A stretch of DNA of 64,000 nt from positions 89,204,968 to 89,268,967 of the forward strand of contig NC_064830.1 of the NCBI RefSeq assembly GCF_024166365.1. Direction: 5' to 3'. The notes under the pieces were generated by a model, which had not been told where the DNA came from, searched no databases, and worked only from the letters and a program-made list of their open reading frames with translations. Positions 1 through 11,313 of this stretch are shown in pieces; the first letter of the stretch is position 1; each line of letters starts with the position of its first letter. This stretch comes from Elephas maximus (Eukaryota). Both the position numbers and the translations under genes were made by a program.

Positions 1-84
1 ACTTAGCCCTGGAAGCTGCCCTCTTCTGGGTGGCCGCCACAAGGTCTCTGCCTGCCCAAGAGGTGGCAGGTGCTCCCAGGCCAC

Positions 85-260
85 TCGTTTAAATAAATAA
101 CTGTCCCCCCGGATGGGGCCGGGGTGTGAGGACAGGGGGCCCTGCCAGCCCTGCTCAGGGCCTACCTTCCCAGGGGACATTTCTGCATGTTTACGCCTTT
201 TCTGACTGTGTCAGTGGCCGAAGCATGGCAACTGGGTGTCAATAAATGTCTCTGAGGAAG
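85..260 (+). other. DOC2A: Probable 3' UTR end of the convergent upstream gene (DOC2A in human synteny). Plus-strand AATAAA signals sit at about 92-97 and 241-246.
   Basis: Synteny inference only. Human DOC2A and INO80E overlap 3'-to-3'. No DOC2A coding sequence is recognisable in the window. Confidence 0.25.
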
Positions 261-326
261 CTGGGGGCTCATGTGTGCTAGCACAGTGGGGGGCCGGGGG
301 ACCATGGGCAGGGCACAGGTGCCAGG

Positions 327-548
327 TCACTCCGGGATGTCGATCACCAGGTCATCATCCCCATCCAGGGCGTCATCGCCGCTGCCAGCGTCACTGAACA
401 TCTGCCGAGGGACGGTGCTCAGGATGGTGTGGGGGGGCATCTTGGGAGGGGGCAGTGGGGCCAGGGCTGCCCCCACCCCAGCCCCAGCACCTCGACCTGG
501 AAAGGTCAGCGGCCCTCCCACAGGGCAGTCGGGGGTTCCCACCGCCAT
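327..548 (-). CDS. INO80E: INO80E last coding exon ([20 protein letters not shown]...[15 protein letters not shown], stop)
   Basis: ORF 327..548; acceptor ctgctgcag directly before the ATG codon; matches the human C-terminus. Confidence 0.85.
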   Translation of the reverse strand: MAVGTPDCPVGGPLTFPGRGAGAGVGAALAPLPPPKMPPHTILSTVPRQMFSDAGSGDDALDGDDDLVIDIPE

Positions 549-3500
549 CTGCAGCAGGGGGAAGAAACACAGGGAGGACTTGTCAGGGGGGGTCTGGGAC
601 TCCCAGGAGGTTGGGTACTGCCCCCTAAGGCAGTTCTGGGGGACAGGAAAGGGGACAAAGGCTCATTTTAGGGGTAGTGGATACCACTGGCTGGCCACCA
701 CTGGACTCGGGGACTGCCCCCACCTCAACTCCTTCAGCGTCCCCAACCAGCAAGTGCCTGGGGGTGAGGGGTGGTGATGGAGGTGTTGATGAGGGTGAGG
801 GAGGTCTTACAGGAAACCGGGAGGGAAAGGCTGGCCCTGCACTCCCCAGGGAGGCCCCTTGGCTGCCCCGGTAACAGCAGTGGAGGGCCAGCCTGCTAGG
901 ACCCTCAGATACCGCCTGCCACCACTGGTTCCTGGCCCTCCTCCTCCTGCAGGACTGACTGGCTTGGTGGAGGGTATCACAGGCTGCCTAAGCCCCCCTC
1001 CCCCTCCTTCTGAGGAGTCTACCTCTTCTATCTCGGAGGGCCCCTCCTCGGGATCCCCGTAGCCACTGGCCTAGGCCAGGCCCTCCTCTCAGCTCACCTG
1101 TGCTATGGTACCAGCCTCCTAACTGGACTCCCTGCCTTCAGCCTCTCCCAGCTCCAGCTCCTCCTCCACACTGCAGCCAGAGTGATCTCTCTAAAACACA
1201 AACCTGCGCATGTCATTCCCCCTCCAGGGCCCTCTGCTCCTCGCTGCTCTCTGCTCTTGGGACCTGCTCTCTGCTCTTGGGACGGGCAGGCGGCAGACCT
1301 GAGCACAGGCCGGTCCCTCTACCTGGAGGGCCCTTCTCTATTTGTCAAAGTCCTGCTTTGTCCTGAGGCTGGAAAGTGTTCTCTGTCCTGCCCAACCATC
1401 TGTCCCCCTCCCCTGCCAGGTCAGTCTGAAGCCTCCCCATCCAGCCCTCATGCTTTGCCTGCAGGTACAAACCCTCCTGTCCTTAGCGCCTATGACATGC
1501 CATGTGACTTCTGTTCATGATCTCTGACCCTCATGCCCACCCGGGTTGGGGGGGAGATGATCTGTCAGAGGAGGAAACTGAAGCTTAGAAGGGGGGGTGC
1601 CAGGGAACAGGCATGCTGGGTCCCCACTGGGCCACATCCAGTCAGGCGAAACACTTATGGGTGGTCTTCACAGTGGTCCTTCTGGTTGTCTTAGCACACT
1701 CAGCCTTCATGGTCTACTCTTTGCTTCCCAAGGAGCTTCCCACCTCACTGATGTTCCTGAGGTACGATGGGGATCACAGTGGGGTTTTCCCTCAGAGGTG
1801 GTGCCTCAGGGTTCAGGAGCCTGCCCGGAGGCCCACTTCTGACCAGCCCCCTTGTACCCATTACCAAGCACTCATGGACACATGGGAGCAGACACACAAC
1901 TGAGAAGGACAGCTGCGTGAGGACTATCCCCCTCCTCTGGCCACCACCTCCCTATCCCCACCTCACTCCCTGGCCCTACCCTTGCTTGGACTTACTCAAC
2001 GGCCTTCTCATGGATCTTCAGCATGACTGACAGTAGCTAATACTTATCTCTGGCTTACTAGGAACTAAGCACTGGACTAAGTGTTTTTCTCCCCTTAGTA
2101 CATTTTATCCTCACAATGACCCCACCTGAAACACAGAGGAAAGCTGAGGTTCAGAGAGTTAGATGACATGCCCAAGGTCATAAAGTGAGTGAGTAGAGGA
2201 GCTGGGATTCAAACTCAGGTCTGTCTAAGGCCCTGGCTCTGAGCCAACCTGCTCAGTTTTCCACAGCTTTCCTTCCTTTGCTTAGTGTTGCTACCTCCAA
2301 TCTCTTCACACCAAGTCACTCAGAAATTTCCAGGGGCTCCCACTGCCTTTTACCATAGCATGCAAACTCTGATTCTGGGTTTTGAGCCCTTCTATGACCT
2401 GACCCATCCTATCTTTCTAAGCTTGTTCGCTCTTTTCACTCCTGCTTCAGCCCAAACACACACTTCTGCTGTGTCTCTGTCTTCATGTCTGCTATTCCCT
2501 CAGCCTGGAATATCCAATTCTACTTACCCTGCACTCAAATGTCACTTCTCTGAGGTTTTCCCTGATTTATCCCCTCCTCCTACGCACAGCAATTGATGTG
2601 GGCCCCTCTCCCAACCAACGTTTTCTCTCACGTGTCAGAGCTTAGCTCCCTGACATTTCTCTACTTCAGAACTCAGCACCAACCAGAAGGCCTCAAACTC
2701 CCTGTGCCCATGCCACTTCACACCTACGCCCACCTACTCCAGGCCTCACTGACGCCCCACTTTCTCTGCCACCCTGCCCTTCAGGCCAGAAGCAAATACC
2801 CTGCTAAGTAGAGCAAAGGGCCAGTATTCTCACTCCTATCTTTCATGCTCAAAAGATTAAGTCACAGAAAACCAAGGTCACACAGGGAGTAAGTAGCAGG
2901 GCTGGGATTCGAACTCCAGAATCCACACTCCTAACAACACAAATGTGGCTTCCCATTTCACTTCTGGCTCCAGAGCCTGAGTCTACAACCCACCCAACTT
3001 GAGAGCTGCCTAGCCTGGTCCCTTTTCAACTTTGATTCATGGCTGGGCACAGAGCCTTCTGTGTCTTTGGTGGCTCCTCTCATCTCTCCTGAGGCTCAGT
3101 GCTCAGACCTCTTCTCTTCTCCAGCCACACTCTGCCCTCAATGATCGCATCTGTCTCCATGCTGATGACTTCGAAATATATATCCCCCTGAATCCCAGGT
3201 GCCCATATCCAGCTTCTAGTTGACCTTTCCAGAAAGCATCTCAACATGTCCAGAGCCAAATTCCTCATCTTCCCTCTAAAACCTGCTCCTCCCATCTTCC
3301 CCCACCACATCTCAGGAGAACGTAACTACTCTTCTTCAGTCGCTCGGGCTAAAAATCCAAGTCAGCCTTGACTCCTTTTTCTTACAACCCACAACTGGTC
3401 TTTTAGGAAATTCTGCAGTGTATCCTTTAAAACATCCACAAGCCACTTGGAGCTTTCCCACAGTTCCTTGGTTTACAGCTGTAGCCTCCTCCTCATTGGT

Positions 3501-4540
3501 ACCCCTGCTTCTACCCTGCAGTCCTAGCCCTACCCCTACCCCTCACCCAGCATGGTCTCCACACAACAGTCTCAGAAATTCTGTTACAGTGCAAGTAAGT
3601 GAGATCAAATCCCTCCTCTGCTCCACCTTTCCAATGGTTTCCCATTTCACTTACAGGACAAGCCAAGGTCTTTACAAGCGCTGTGAGGGCCACCACAACC
3701 TTGCCCCTCGGTTACTAATCTGGCCTGAACAAACCACACATGTGCTTTCCTCGGGGCCTTTGCACTGGTTGCTCCCTCTGACTGAAATACTTCCCAGAGA
3801 GCCACGTGGCTTGTTCTCATTTCCTTTAAACCTCCAAACCAAGTAACATTCCAGATCACCCAATCTTAAATGTCAGCCCACACCCACCCTGGGTGCTCCC
3901 CACCCCTTTGACTTAAGCCTATTTTTCCCCACTGCTACCTAGCTGTTTACTTTTTGCCTATCTTGCCAGAAAGTGAGCTCCATGAGGCCAGGGACTTCTG
4001 CCTGCTGTTCACTATTGCATCTGCAGCACCTAGAACAGTGCATAGCACACAGTAGCGCTCAAAAAACACTCGTTGATTCAATGTAGTTTAATCATTCACT
4101 TTACGGATGCAGAACTGGAGACCTGGAGAGTCAAAGAGACCTACTCAAGGTCACGTGCTTTTTAACTGGTAGAAACTTGACTGGGTTCTACCCTATAACT
4201 CTTTCCTTCCTCTAGGCTGCCTGGCATTACAGGACATCCCCGATATGTGAAAACCAAGCCTCGCTGCTGGCCACACTGCAGCACTATGAGAGCTGGACCC
4301 CAGGCACCCTCACTCTGAGTTCCTAAGGCTGGTTCTGCCCCTGATTTGTCTCTACAGTGAGCTGTTGGCCAGGACCTCTCTAAGCCACCCCTCAGAGCCT
4401 AGCCCTGGCCTGGGCCCCAGCAGCCCCAAATCAGTCATCCGAAGTTCCTGGACAGGCCTCCGGCCCCTGTCCTGAGCCTCCCTTGGATGGCTGTCCTCTG
4501 GCCGTCCTGGCCCCTCCCTGGCCTCCCCAAATCAGGGTAC

Positions 4541-4802
4541 CTTCAGTTTCCGGGGCAGGCGAGGCCGTTTCTGCCGCGTGGGCCTCAGGGGGCTGGGCTC
4601 CCTCAGGGGGCTGGGTTCGGGCAGCTGCAGGGCCAGGTAGTCAGAAGGGAATGGGGGGTAGGAGGGGGAGGCCAGCTGCTGTGGCGGGAGTGGAGGGATG
4701 GACATGGGAGATGGAGTGGATTGGGGTGGGGGGTGAAGGGGAGAAATGCAAACAGAGGGAGAATGGAAAAACAAAAGAGATGGCTGATGAGTGTGGCTCC
4801 CC
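4541..4802 (-). CDS. INO80E: INO80E exon 5 (P/S-rich ...[40 protein letters not shown]). The 5' boundary is inferred as the only phase-compatible AG, at 4804/4803.
   Basis: ORF 4532..4870; the 3' part is conserved with human. The acceptor choice is constrained by the phase-2 carry-over from exon 4 (ag+g gives R, as in human K|R). Confidence 0.55.
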
Positions 4803-5282
4803 CTGGCTCCTGAGAGAAGAGGAGGGGACACCAGTAGGACTTTGTCCTGGGGTCTGCTCTCCTCAGTCATGTCTGTCCCCCATTCCTACACCAGAGAGAG
4901 AGGAAGCGGGCAGCCCCGACTCACCCTCCAAAGGGTGCTTGCTGGCCACACCCAGAAAGATATCCCCATAGCTGGGCTGGCTTCACCCTGAAGCCTGGCC
5001 CCTCTGCCCAGATGATACCCGTCTTATTCCCAGGCACCCTAAGTCATCACTTCCCAACCTTGACCCCAACTCACCGAGCTCAGGTATGGGGAGGGGGCCC
5101 CAGAGGCCTGAAGGGGAAACCCTGTTGAAGGAGGCAGGGAGAGGCTGGACGGGGAGGGGGTACCCCCCAGCGGAGGGCTTCTCTTCCTGGAGAAAGGACA
5201 GGGAGGAGAATCAGAGGCAGCTAGGAAGCCAGGTGTCCCACCCCCTACCCTCCCCCAGAAAGGAACGCTGGCTTCTTCTCAC

Positions 5283-5361
5283 CTCTTGGGCGCTGGAGTG
5301 TCTGACAACTTGGGTGTCCCCTCTGTCTCGCTGTTATCTGAAGACGCAGTGGCATCTGAGT
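5283..5361 (-). CDS. INO80E: INO80E exon 4 ([26 protein letters not shown])
   Basis: Manual translation; acceptor cag, donor gtgaga; matches the recalled human sequence. Confidence 0.75.
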
Positions 5362-5994
5362 CTGTGAGTGGGGAGGGCTGGTTTACTGAGGAGTGGGGGT
5401 TCTAGTCTACCCAGAGGGGTGTAACCTCAGCTCTACGGAAAACCAGGGGAATCTGACTCCTCAAAATGTGCCCCTGTGCCATTCTGGGGAGGTCCCCAGC
5501 TTCTTAAAACATCCTTCACTTCCTCCTTCCTGTCCATGATGGCACGTTTGTCAAACACTATGTGTCAGGCTCTATGCTGGATGCTTTACATTCACCATCT
5601 CTGCTTAACTTGGAAACTATCCGAGAAGGAAGTGAAGGGTATCACCTCCACTTTCTGGAGAGGTCACTGACGCTCAGAAAGTACTGTGTGGGGCCGGGGC
5701 TGGTTCAACCAGGTCTGTGACTCCCTGACCACTTTATACCACTCTTTATTTGCCTCTAAACTCCCTTCAGCTCCCGCCCTCGCCTCACTCCTAATATCTA
5801 AGCTCTCTTGTTTTTCCTCTCCAATCTCTCCTTCCTTTATCACTCTCCCCCATTCCAACCACCACAAGGTCAGGCTGCTACTACGTTAAAATTGCCTGCT
5901 AAGCAGTCTCACGCTATCCACTCTGACCCCAGGATGACCTGAAATGTAAACGTGATCACATCTCTCCTGGTTATGTTCCCCGCTGTCTGCAAGT

Positions 5995-6200
5995 ACTTGA
6001 AACAAACCAAACCAAACCAAACCCACTGCCTCGGGTCGATTCTGACTTGACTCGTAGCGACCCTATAGAACAGAGTAGAACCGTCTCACAAGATTTCCGA
6101 GGTTGTCCATCTTTATGGAAGCAGACTGCCACAACTTTCTCCCACGCAGTGCCTGCTGGGTTAGCAACTAAGTGCTTGGACTGCTGCACCACCAAGATTC
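5995..6200 (-). mobile_element. AfroSINE in an INO80E intron
   Basis: aaaccaaaccaaacccactgcctcgggtcgattctgacttgactcgtagcgaccctatagaacagagtagaacc... Confidence 0.8.
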
Positions 6201-7407
6201 CTGATTTTACCTACTATCCTTTTAAAACACATAAATGAACGGGCAGCGCGTGTTCTGATAAAACATTATTTACAAAAGCGAGCAGCACAGGTGGCAAGAG
6301 TTTGCTGATTCCTACTCTCAGCCCATGTTTATAAGCACTGTGAAGACAGGTGATTGTGACACGGCTTAGGAAGGCCCCACAGTGGAACAAGGCCACAAAT
6401 GCCCACCTTATGGGCTTTTTCAAACTGTGGTTCTCAACCCATTCACGGGTCATGAAATCAACTTAATGGTTTGCAAAATGCATTAAAAGGAAAAGAAAAA
6501 AAAAATCTAAAAAGTACCAGAATGAACTACACGTAGCACTCTACACACTGTTTCATTGTTTTGCGTGCATGTATGTGGACACTTGACCTTAAAGTGTGTC
6601 AGCCCTTGTTTTCCTCTATGCCTGGCTTGTTCTTGCCTCAGGCCATCTGTATCTGTTATTCCTTCTTCTTGGAAAGCTCTCACTCATATCCTCACTGGAC
6701 TAATTTCTTCTTATAATCTAGATCCCAGCTCAAATGTTACCTCCTAAAAAAGGCCTTTCTTGATCACTCTATGGAGCCCTTGCCTGTTGTGTACTTTTGA
6801 ACAGTCCACAAGCTAAAACAGCTTTTACCTTTTTATATGCTTGGAAAAAAAGTTAAAAAAAAAAACTCACATGTAAAAATTACATGGCATTCAAATTTCA
6901 GTATCCATAAACAAAGTCCTATCGAAATACAGCCACGGTTATTTTTCACACATTGTCCATGGCTGTTTTTACACTACGGTAGCAAGCTGAGTAGTTGTGA
7001 CAGAGCTTGTAAACCTCACAAAGTTTGTCAGTCCCTGCTCTAGGCTGATTACTACCACATAACTCTATTTTACTTCTTTCAATACCCTTACTACTATCTA
7101 AAATTGTAGCTTATTTCTCTGTTTACTCATTACTCATTTTTCTATTTACTAGAATATGAATGGCAAGAGGCCAACGGCTTTGTTCATCTTGGTTATTGCT
7201 GTATTCCTTTTTCCAACCACAGTGTCTGAAAACATGGCAAATATTCAAAAAATACTTGAGTAAAAGAATGGTAGGTAGGGGTGGAAGGCAAGCAAAAGGA
7301 ACCGTTGGAGGCTGCACAAGTCTCCAGAGCCTAAAAGGAGTGGCTCAGGAAGCTTGCTGGAGTGCCGAAAACTATGTTCTCCATCAATTTCTCATGACCT
7401 TGCTCAC

Positions 7408-7460
7408 CAGAAGAGTCTTCATCCACGTTCTCGTACTGCAGAAGTCGGTCAAGAAGGAAA
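7408..7460 (-). CDS. INO80E: INO80E exon 3 (S FLLDRLLQYENVDEDSS)
   Basis: Acceptor ctcag, donor gtgagc; matches human FLLDRLLQYENVDEDSS. Confidence 0.75.
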
Positions 7461-7662
7461 CTGAGGGAAGGGACGGAGAGAACAAGAGTGTTTATTCTCA
7501 TCTCAGCGATGCTCTCCTGGGCCCTCTAGCCTCCTAGCCGGTCCTCCGGATCCTTCGAACAGCTTCGAGGCAGGCATTAGGCATTTGCGGCACTATTCCA
7601 GGTTGGGGCCCGAAAGGAGATCCACAGGAGCCACCTGACCACCCTCCTCCAACGTGCCTCAC

Positions 7663-7733
7663 CTCTTGTCCCGGGACACCTTCAGCAATTTTCTCTGCGC
7701 CTTCCTGAGCTCCTCCTGGAAGCACTCGTGTTC
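7663..7733 (-). CDS. INO80E: INO80E exon 2 ([23 protein letters not shown], phase 0 to 2)
   Basis: Manual minus-strand translation; acceptor ggtgcag, donor gtgag. Confidence 0.8.
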
Positions 7734-7894
7734 CTGCACCGCGGGGCAAGGTGGGCGCTGAGCCAACGGCCGTCCGAAAAGGGCCCCAGAGACTAGCGAC
7801 AAGCTCTCCCCAGCCCCTTTACACATGGGTAAACTGAGGTCTTCTCAGTGCCAGGCCTCCTCACCACCCGCAACCTCTCCGCCCCAGCACTCAC

Positions 7895-7975
7895 GTAGAT
7901 GAGAAACTTCAGCTTCCGCTTCAGGTTCCGATATTTCTTTTTGTAGTCCACCTCGCCTTCCGCTGGCCCGTTCAT
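7895..7975 (-). CDS. INO80E: INO80E coding exon 1 (ATG at 7975..7973; [27 protein letters not shown]; donor gtgagt)
   Basis: ORF 7793..7975; 27 codons then a consensus donor. Confidence 0.85.
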
Positions 7976-8685
7976 GACCTGACGCGGGAGCAGAGCCCCG
8001 GCGTCTGTAGTCCCGCTACTCCGAGCCGGCTCTACACGACCTCGACTTCCGGAGACTCTGCAAGCCTCTGCCCGCTGGGACTACAACTCCCGCGGCACCC
8101 CGCGCCCAGGGAGCGTTTGCCCACCGATTGCCCTCATGGGAAATGTCGGGAGAGGAACGTTGCTTCGGGTAGCTACGCTAAAGATGGCGTCGCAGCGACG
8201 CGATGACGTCACAAAGATGGCGGACGCCAGAGGGCACCTTTCCTGATTGTAAACGTGCTTCCAGATTTAAAGGCACAAACAGACTACACCCCCCCCCAAG
8301 GATTCCTAGTCTCCTTGCAAGAATGCCCTTTTTCTTTTGCCTTTCGAAAAATAGCAGCATAGCTAGCGCCCGTGACCAGGCGCCAAGGAGGCAGCGTCGC
8401 GGGTTGATTACGTCACAGCTAAGGATGCCTGCGCTGAAGCGGTTTCCAACGAGAACTTTTACAAAGTTTCGTTCTAAGCAAGGGAGCGAACCGCGAGACC
8501 TTCCAACTGCCGCGGGGAAAGCAAGATTTTATCTGGTAGAGTTCTCGGCTCAAGCAACTCGCGACCAAACCTAACGGTCTCGCCTGACGGTGCCACGGCA
8601 CTGCGCGTGCGTGACCGCCTGTCAAACGCGTTGACGGAGGCCGAGAAGAAAAAAGGCGGGAGCCGTCAATCCCGGATGGAGCAAA
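7976..8685. promoter_or_regulatory. Bidirectional CpG-island promoter shared by INO80E (-) and HIRIP3 (+); the two ATGs are ~710 bp apart
   Basis: High CpG density. Divergent first exons lie on either side. Confidence 0.7.
8181..8223 (+). promoter_or_regulatory. Two YY1-type AAGATGGCG(G) motifs (8181-8189 and 8214-8223) flanking a perfect palindromic CRE TGACGTCA (8204-8211). A TTACGTCA half-CRE is at 8408-8415.
   Basis: Motifs read directly from the sequence. Confidence 0.5.
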
Positions 8686-8750
8686 ATGGCGCGGGATAGC
8701 GAGATGCAGGAATTCACCCGTATCCTCTTCCGAGGACGCCCGGACCTCAG
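8686..8750 (+). CDS. HIRIP3: HIRIP3 exon 1 (ATG 8686; ends phase 2, donor gtgcac)
   Basis: ORF 8686..; MARDSEMQEFTRILFRGRPDL. Confidence 0.85.
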
Positions 8751-8828
8751 GTGCACTGGGGGCTGGAGGTGGGACTGGAAAGGGCAAGGGCGGGATGGGG
8801 ACACCGTCTTGACACCATGTCCCCGCAG

Positions 8829-8949
8829 TACGCTCACGCACTCCATCGTGCGGCAGAGGTTCTTGGCTCACGTGGGCCGCGACCATCTGGAACCTGAAGA
8901 GAAGCAGGCGCTGAAGCGGCTGGTGGAAGAGGAGCTGCTGAAGATGCAG
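8829..8949 (+). CDS. HIRIP3: HIRIP3 exon 2
   Basis: Acceptor ccccgcag; STLTHSIVRQRF...EELLKMQ; donor gtgtgg. Confidence 0.85.
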
Positions 8950-9051
8950 GTGTGGCCACGAGGCTGGGCCACGGGAGGCCGGGCTTGTTGCTGAGGGGGT
9001 GGGGCAGAACACAACCTGGGTACATGCTTTACCCTCTTGATGCACACGCAG

Positions 9052-9163
9052 GTGGATGAAGCGGGTACCAGGAAGAAGCTAGACCTTAGGAAGCAGGTGA
9101 AGAGACCTCCCATCCCCTCCAGTGATCCAAAAAGAAAAAGACTCCGTTTCAGCTCAGAGCCAG
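9052..9163 (+). CDS. HIRIP3: HIRIP3 exon 3
   Basis: Acceptor cacgcag; VDEAGTRKKLDLRKQVKRPPIPSSDPKRKRLRFSSEP; donor gttagt. Confidence 0.8.
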
Positions 9164-9414
9164 GTTAGTGCCGCCTCCCAGCTACCAGTGCCTTCTGCAT
9201 CTTTGGTTTATTTAGAAAATATTTATTGAACATGAAATATGTCCCAAGGTGTTAGATAAGGGGGATTATTGAGTTAGGAGCCAGGATCAGGATGGACTTG
9301 TAGTTGTTTTCTACTGCCCTTCACTCTGTCAGAGCAGGACTGGAGACAACCTATCTCAAGTGAAGGGAGAAGGAACAGGAAGAACCAGTCCCATCCCTTC
9401 TTTCCATATTCTAG

Positions 9415-10625
9415 AGCTCAGCTCTGCAGCCTCCAGTCCAGACTGCTTTGGCTTCCCAGCAAAGAACGGAATGGCAGCAGCAGAAGTCAGCCCAGCTGAG
9501 AAGAGTCCGAGGCGAGCCTCACAGAAAGAAATGGGGGAGAGCAGAGATGAGGAAGAACAGCAGAGGGACTTGACTGCAAAGATGGGATTAGAGAAGGTGG
9601 TGAAGGAGAGCAGTGAGGAAGAGGAGGAAGGCTTTGTCAAAACAAGTGAGATCTGGAAGAAAGACAGTAGTGAGGAAGAGGAGGAGTTGAAAGGCAGGAC
9701 TAGGAAGAAAACTGTGACAAAGAAGAACAAGCAGACACCAGGCAAGGCCTCAGCCAGCAGGGAACAGGCTAGGGAGGAGAGTGAAGACAGTGAGGAGGAA
9801 CCTGCCCAGAGGATGAGAAGGAAGGGGGAGGGAAAGAAAGGAGCTAAAAGCCACCAGGAAAGTGAAAAGGAGAGTGAGGATGAGAAAGAGGAGACCCCAG
9901 CCAAGAATGAGAATAGAGAGGAGGAAGGGGGAGAAGAGGAGGATGAGGAGAAGGAAGGGGGAGAAGAGGAGAATGAGGAGGAGGAAGGGGGAGAAGAGGA
10001 GGATGAGAAGGAGGAAGGGGGAGAAGAGGAGGATGAGGAGGAGGAAGGGGGAGAAGAGGAGGATGAGGAGGAGGAAGGGGGAGAAGAGGAGGATGAGGAG
10101 GAGGAAGGGGGAGAAGAAGAGGATGAGGAGGAGGAGGAACGGAAATGCAGAGCCACAAGCAGTGGAGGGAAAAGGTTAGGTTGGGGCGAAAGGAGCTTGA
10201 AGCAGAAAAGCAGAGCAGGGAAACTAATGGGAGACCGACAGGACAGAGGGGAAGGGAAGGGAAAAGAGGCAACAGGCAGTGGGGATAAGAAAGGGGGAGA
10301 TGAAATACTTCCAGTGCAGAGGAAGAGCAAGGATAGGGGCCAGTGTAAGGGGGGGAAAAGGCAGAGTGGAAGCAGCGAGGAGGATGGGAAAGACAGCCTG
10401 AGGAAGATGAAAGTAAGGAATAAAGGTGCTAGAAAGACAGTCAAAGCTAACAGTATCAATGGTGAGGAGAGTGACTTGGAGAGGGAGGTGAGTGACAGCG
10501 AGGCAGGAGGGAGTCCCAAGGAGGAGAGGAAGAACCGATCTTCCAAGAAGAGCTCCAAGAAAGGCAAGACGCGAAGCTCCTCTTCCTCCTCCTCAGATGG
10601 AAGTCCAGAGCCCAGAGGCGGGAAG
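9415..10625 (+). CDS. HIRIP3: HIRIP3 exon 4, a large acidic, Ser/Glu-rich exon that contains the 30-bp repeat array
   Basis: ORF 9360..10667 frame; acceptor tattctag; ends ...SSSSSSDGSPEPRGGK with donor gtgagg. Confidence 0.85.
9921..10138 (+). repeat. HIRIP3: In-frame 30-bp tandem repeat (~7 units of gaggaggaagggggagaagaggaggatgag) encoding (EEGGEEEDEE)n inside HIRIP3 exon 4
   Basis: Direct reading: the near-identical units are visible in the sequence and in the ORF 9360 translation. Confidence 0.9.
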
Positions 10626-10725
10626 GTGAGGGTGAAAATGGGGAGGAAGGCCACCATCGGGGAGTAGGGAGACCCTGACTCAAGCCCAGCAGTCTTGGCT
10701 TTCAGTTGTTGTCTTTCCTTGCCAG

Positions 10726-10894
10726 GCTGTCTCTGGTCGCCATGGTGAAGACCACCCAGCTGTGATGAGGCTAAAGCGCTACATCCGGGCCTGTGGGGCC
10801 TATCGCAACTACAAGAAGCTGCTGGGCTCCTGTCACTCACACAAGGAGCGCCTGAGTGTCCTCCGGGCAGAACTGGAAGCCCTGGGCATGAAGG
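10726..10894 (+). CDS. HIRIP3: HIRIP3 exon 5
   Basis: AVSGRHGEDHPAVMRLKRYIRACGAYRNYKKLLGSCHSHKERLSVLRAELEALGMKG; donor gtaaga. Confidence 0.85.
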
Positions 10895-10971
10895 GTAAGA
10901 CTGGGCATGCTCCAGGGGCTGTGTGAGAGGGCTCCTGCTGCTGAAAGGCTCACTTGCCCTTTCTGCCCCAG

Positions 10972-11070
10972 GTAACCCTTCCTTAGAGAAGTGTCGGGCC
11001 CTGAAGGAGCAGCGGGAGGAGGCAGCTGAGGTGGCCTCCTTGGACGTTGCCAACATCATCAGCAGTTCAG
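10972..11070 (+). CDS. HIRIP3: HIRIP3 exon 6
   Basis: Acceptor ctgccccag; NPSLEKCRALKEQREEAAEVASLDVANIISSS; donor gttaag. Confidence 0.85.
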
Positions 11071-11149
11071 GTTAAGGGGCTTCTTCTCATTCCCCCAGGA
11101 GAAGATGGGGTTGGGCTTCCGCAGACAACTAATCTCCCCTTCCCCCTAG

Positions 11150-11313
11150 GCCGGCCACGCAGACGCACAGCCTGGAACCCTTCAGGAGAAGCAGCCTCCT
11201 CTGGGGAGCCATACCGCAGGACCCTGGACTCAGATGAAGAACGGCCCCGTCACCCACCCCCAGACTGGTCACACATGCGTGGCATCATCAGCAGTGATGG
11301 CGAGAGTAACTGA
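11150..11313 (+). CDS. HIRIP3: HIRIP3 exon 7 (terminal; TGA at 11311-11313)
   Basis: ORF 11047..11313; ...DWSHMRGIISSDGESN stop. Confidence 0.9.

Larger units (their letters stand above)
1..8050 (-). other. INO80E: INO80E gene body (3' UTR runs off the left edge; TSS just upstream of the ATG at 7975)
   Basis: Six minus-strand exons translate to [27 protein letters not shown]...[12 protein letters not shown] with GT-AG junctions, matching the recalled human INO80E protein. Confidence 0.85.

Noticed and set aside
9862-10179. 105-aa ORF MKRRVRMRKRR...(KGEKRRMRRR)n
   Set aside because: It is the +1 frame of the HIRIP3 30-bp coding repeat. The periodic basic peptide is a by-product of the repeat, not a gene.
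9356-11059. 567-aa ORF on the minus strand
   Set aside because: It is antisense to the HIRIP3 acidic/serine-rich exon 4. Poly-Ser, poly-Pro and poly-Leu translation of a low-complexity GA/GAG-rich sequence. The sense strand carries the conserved HIRIP3 protein.
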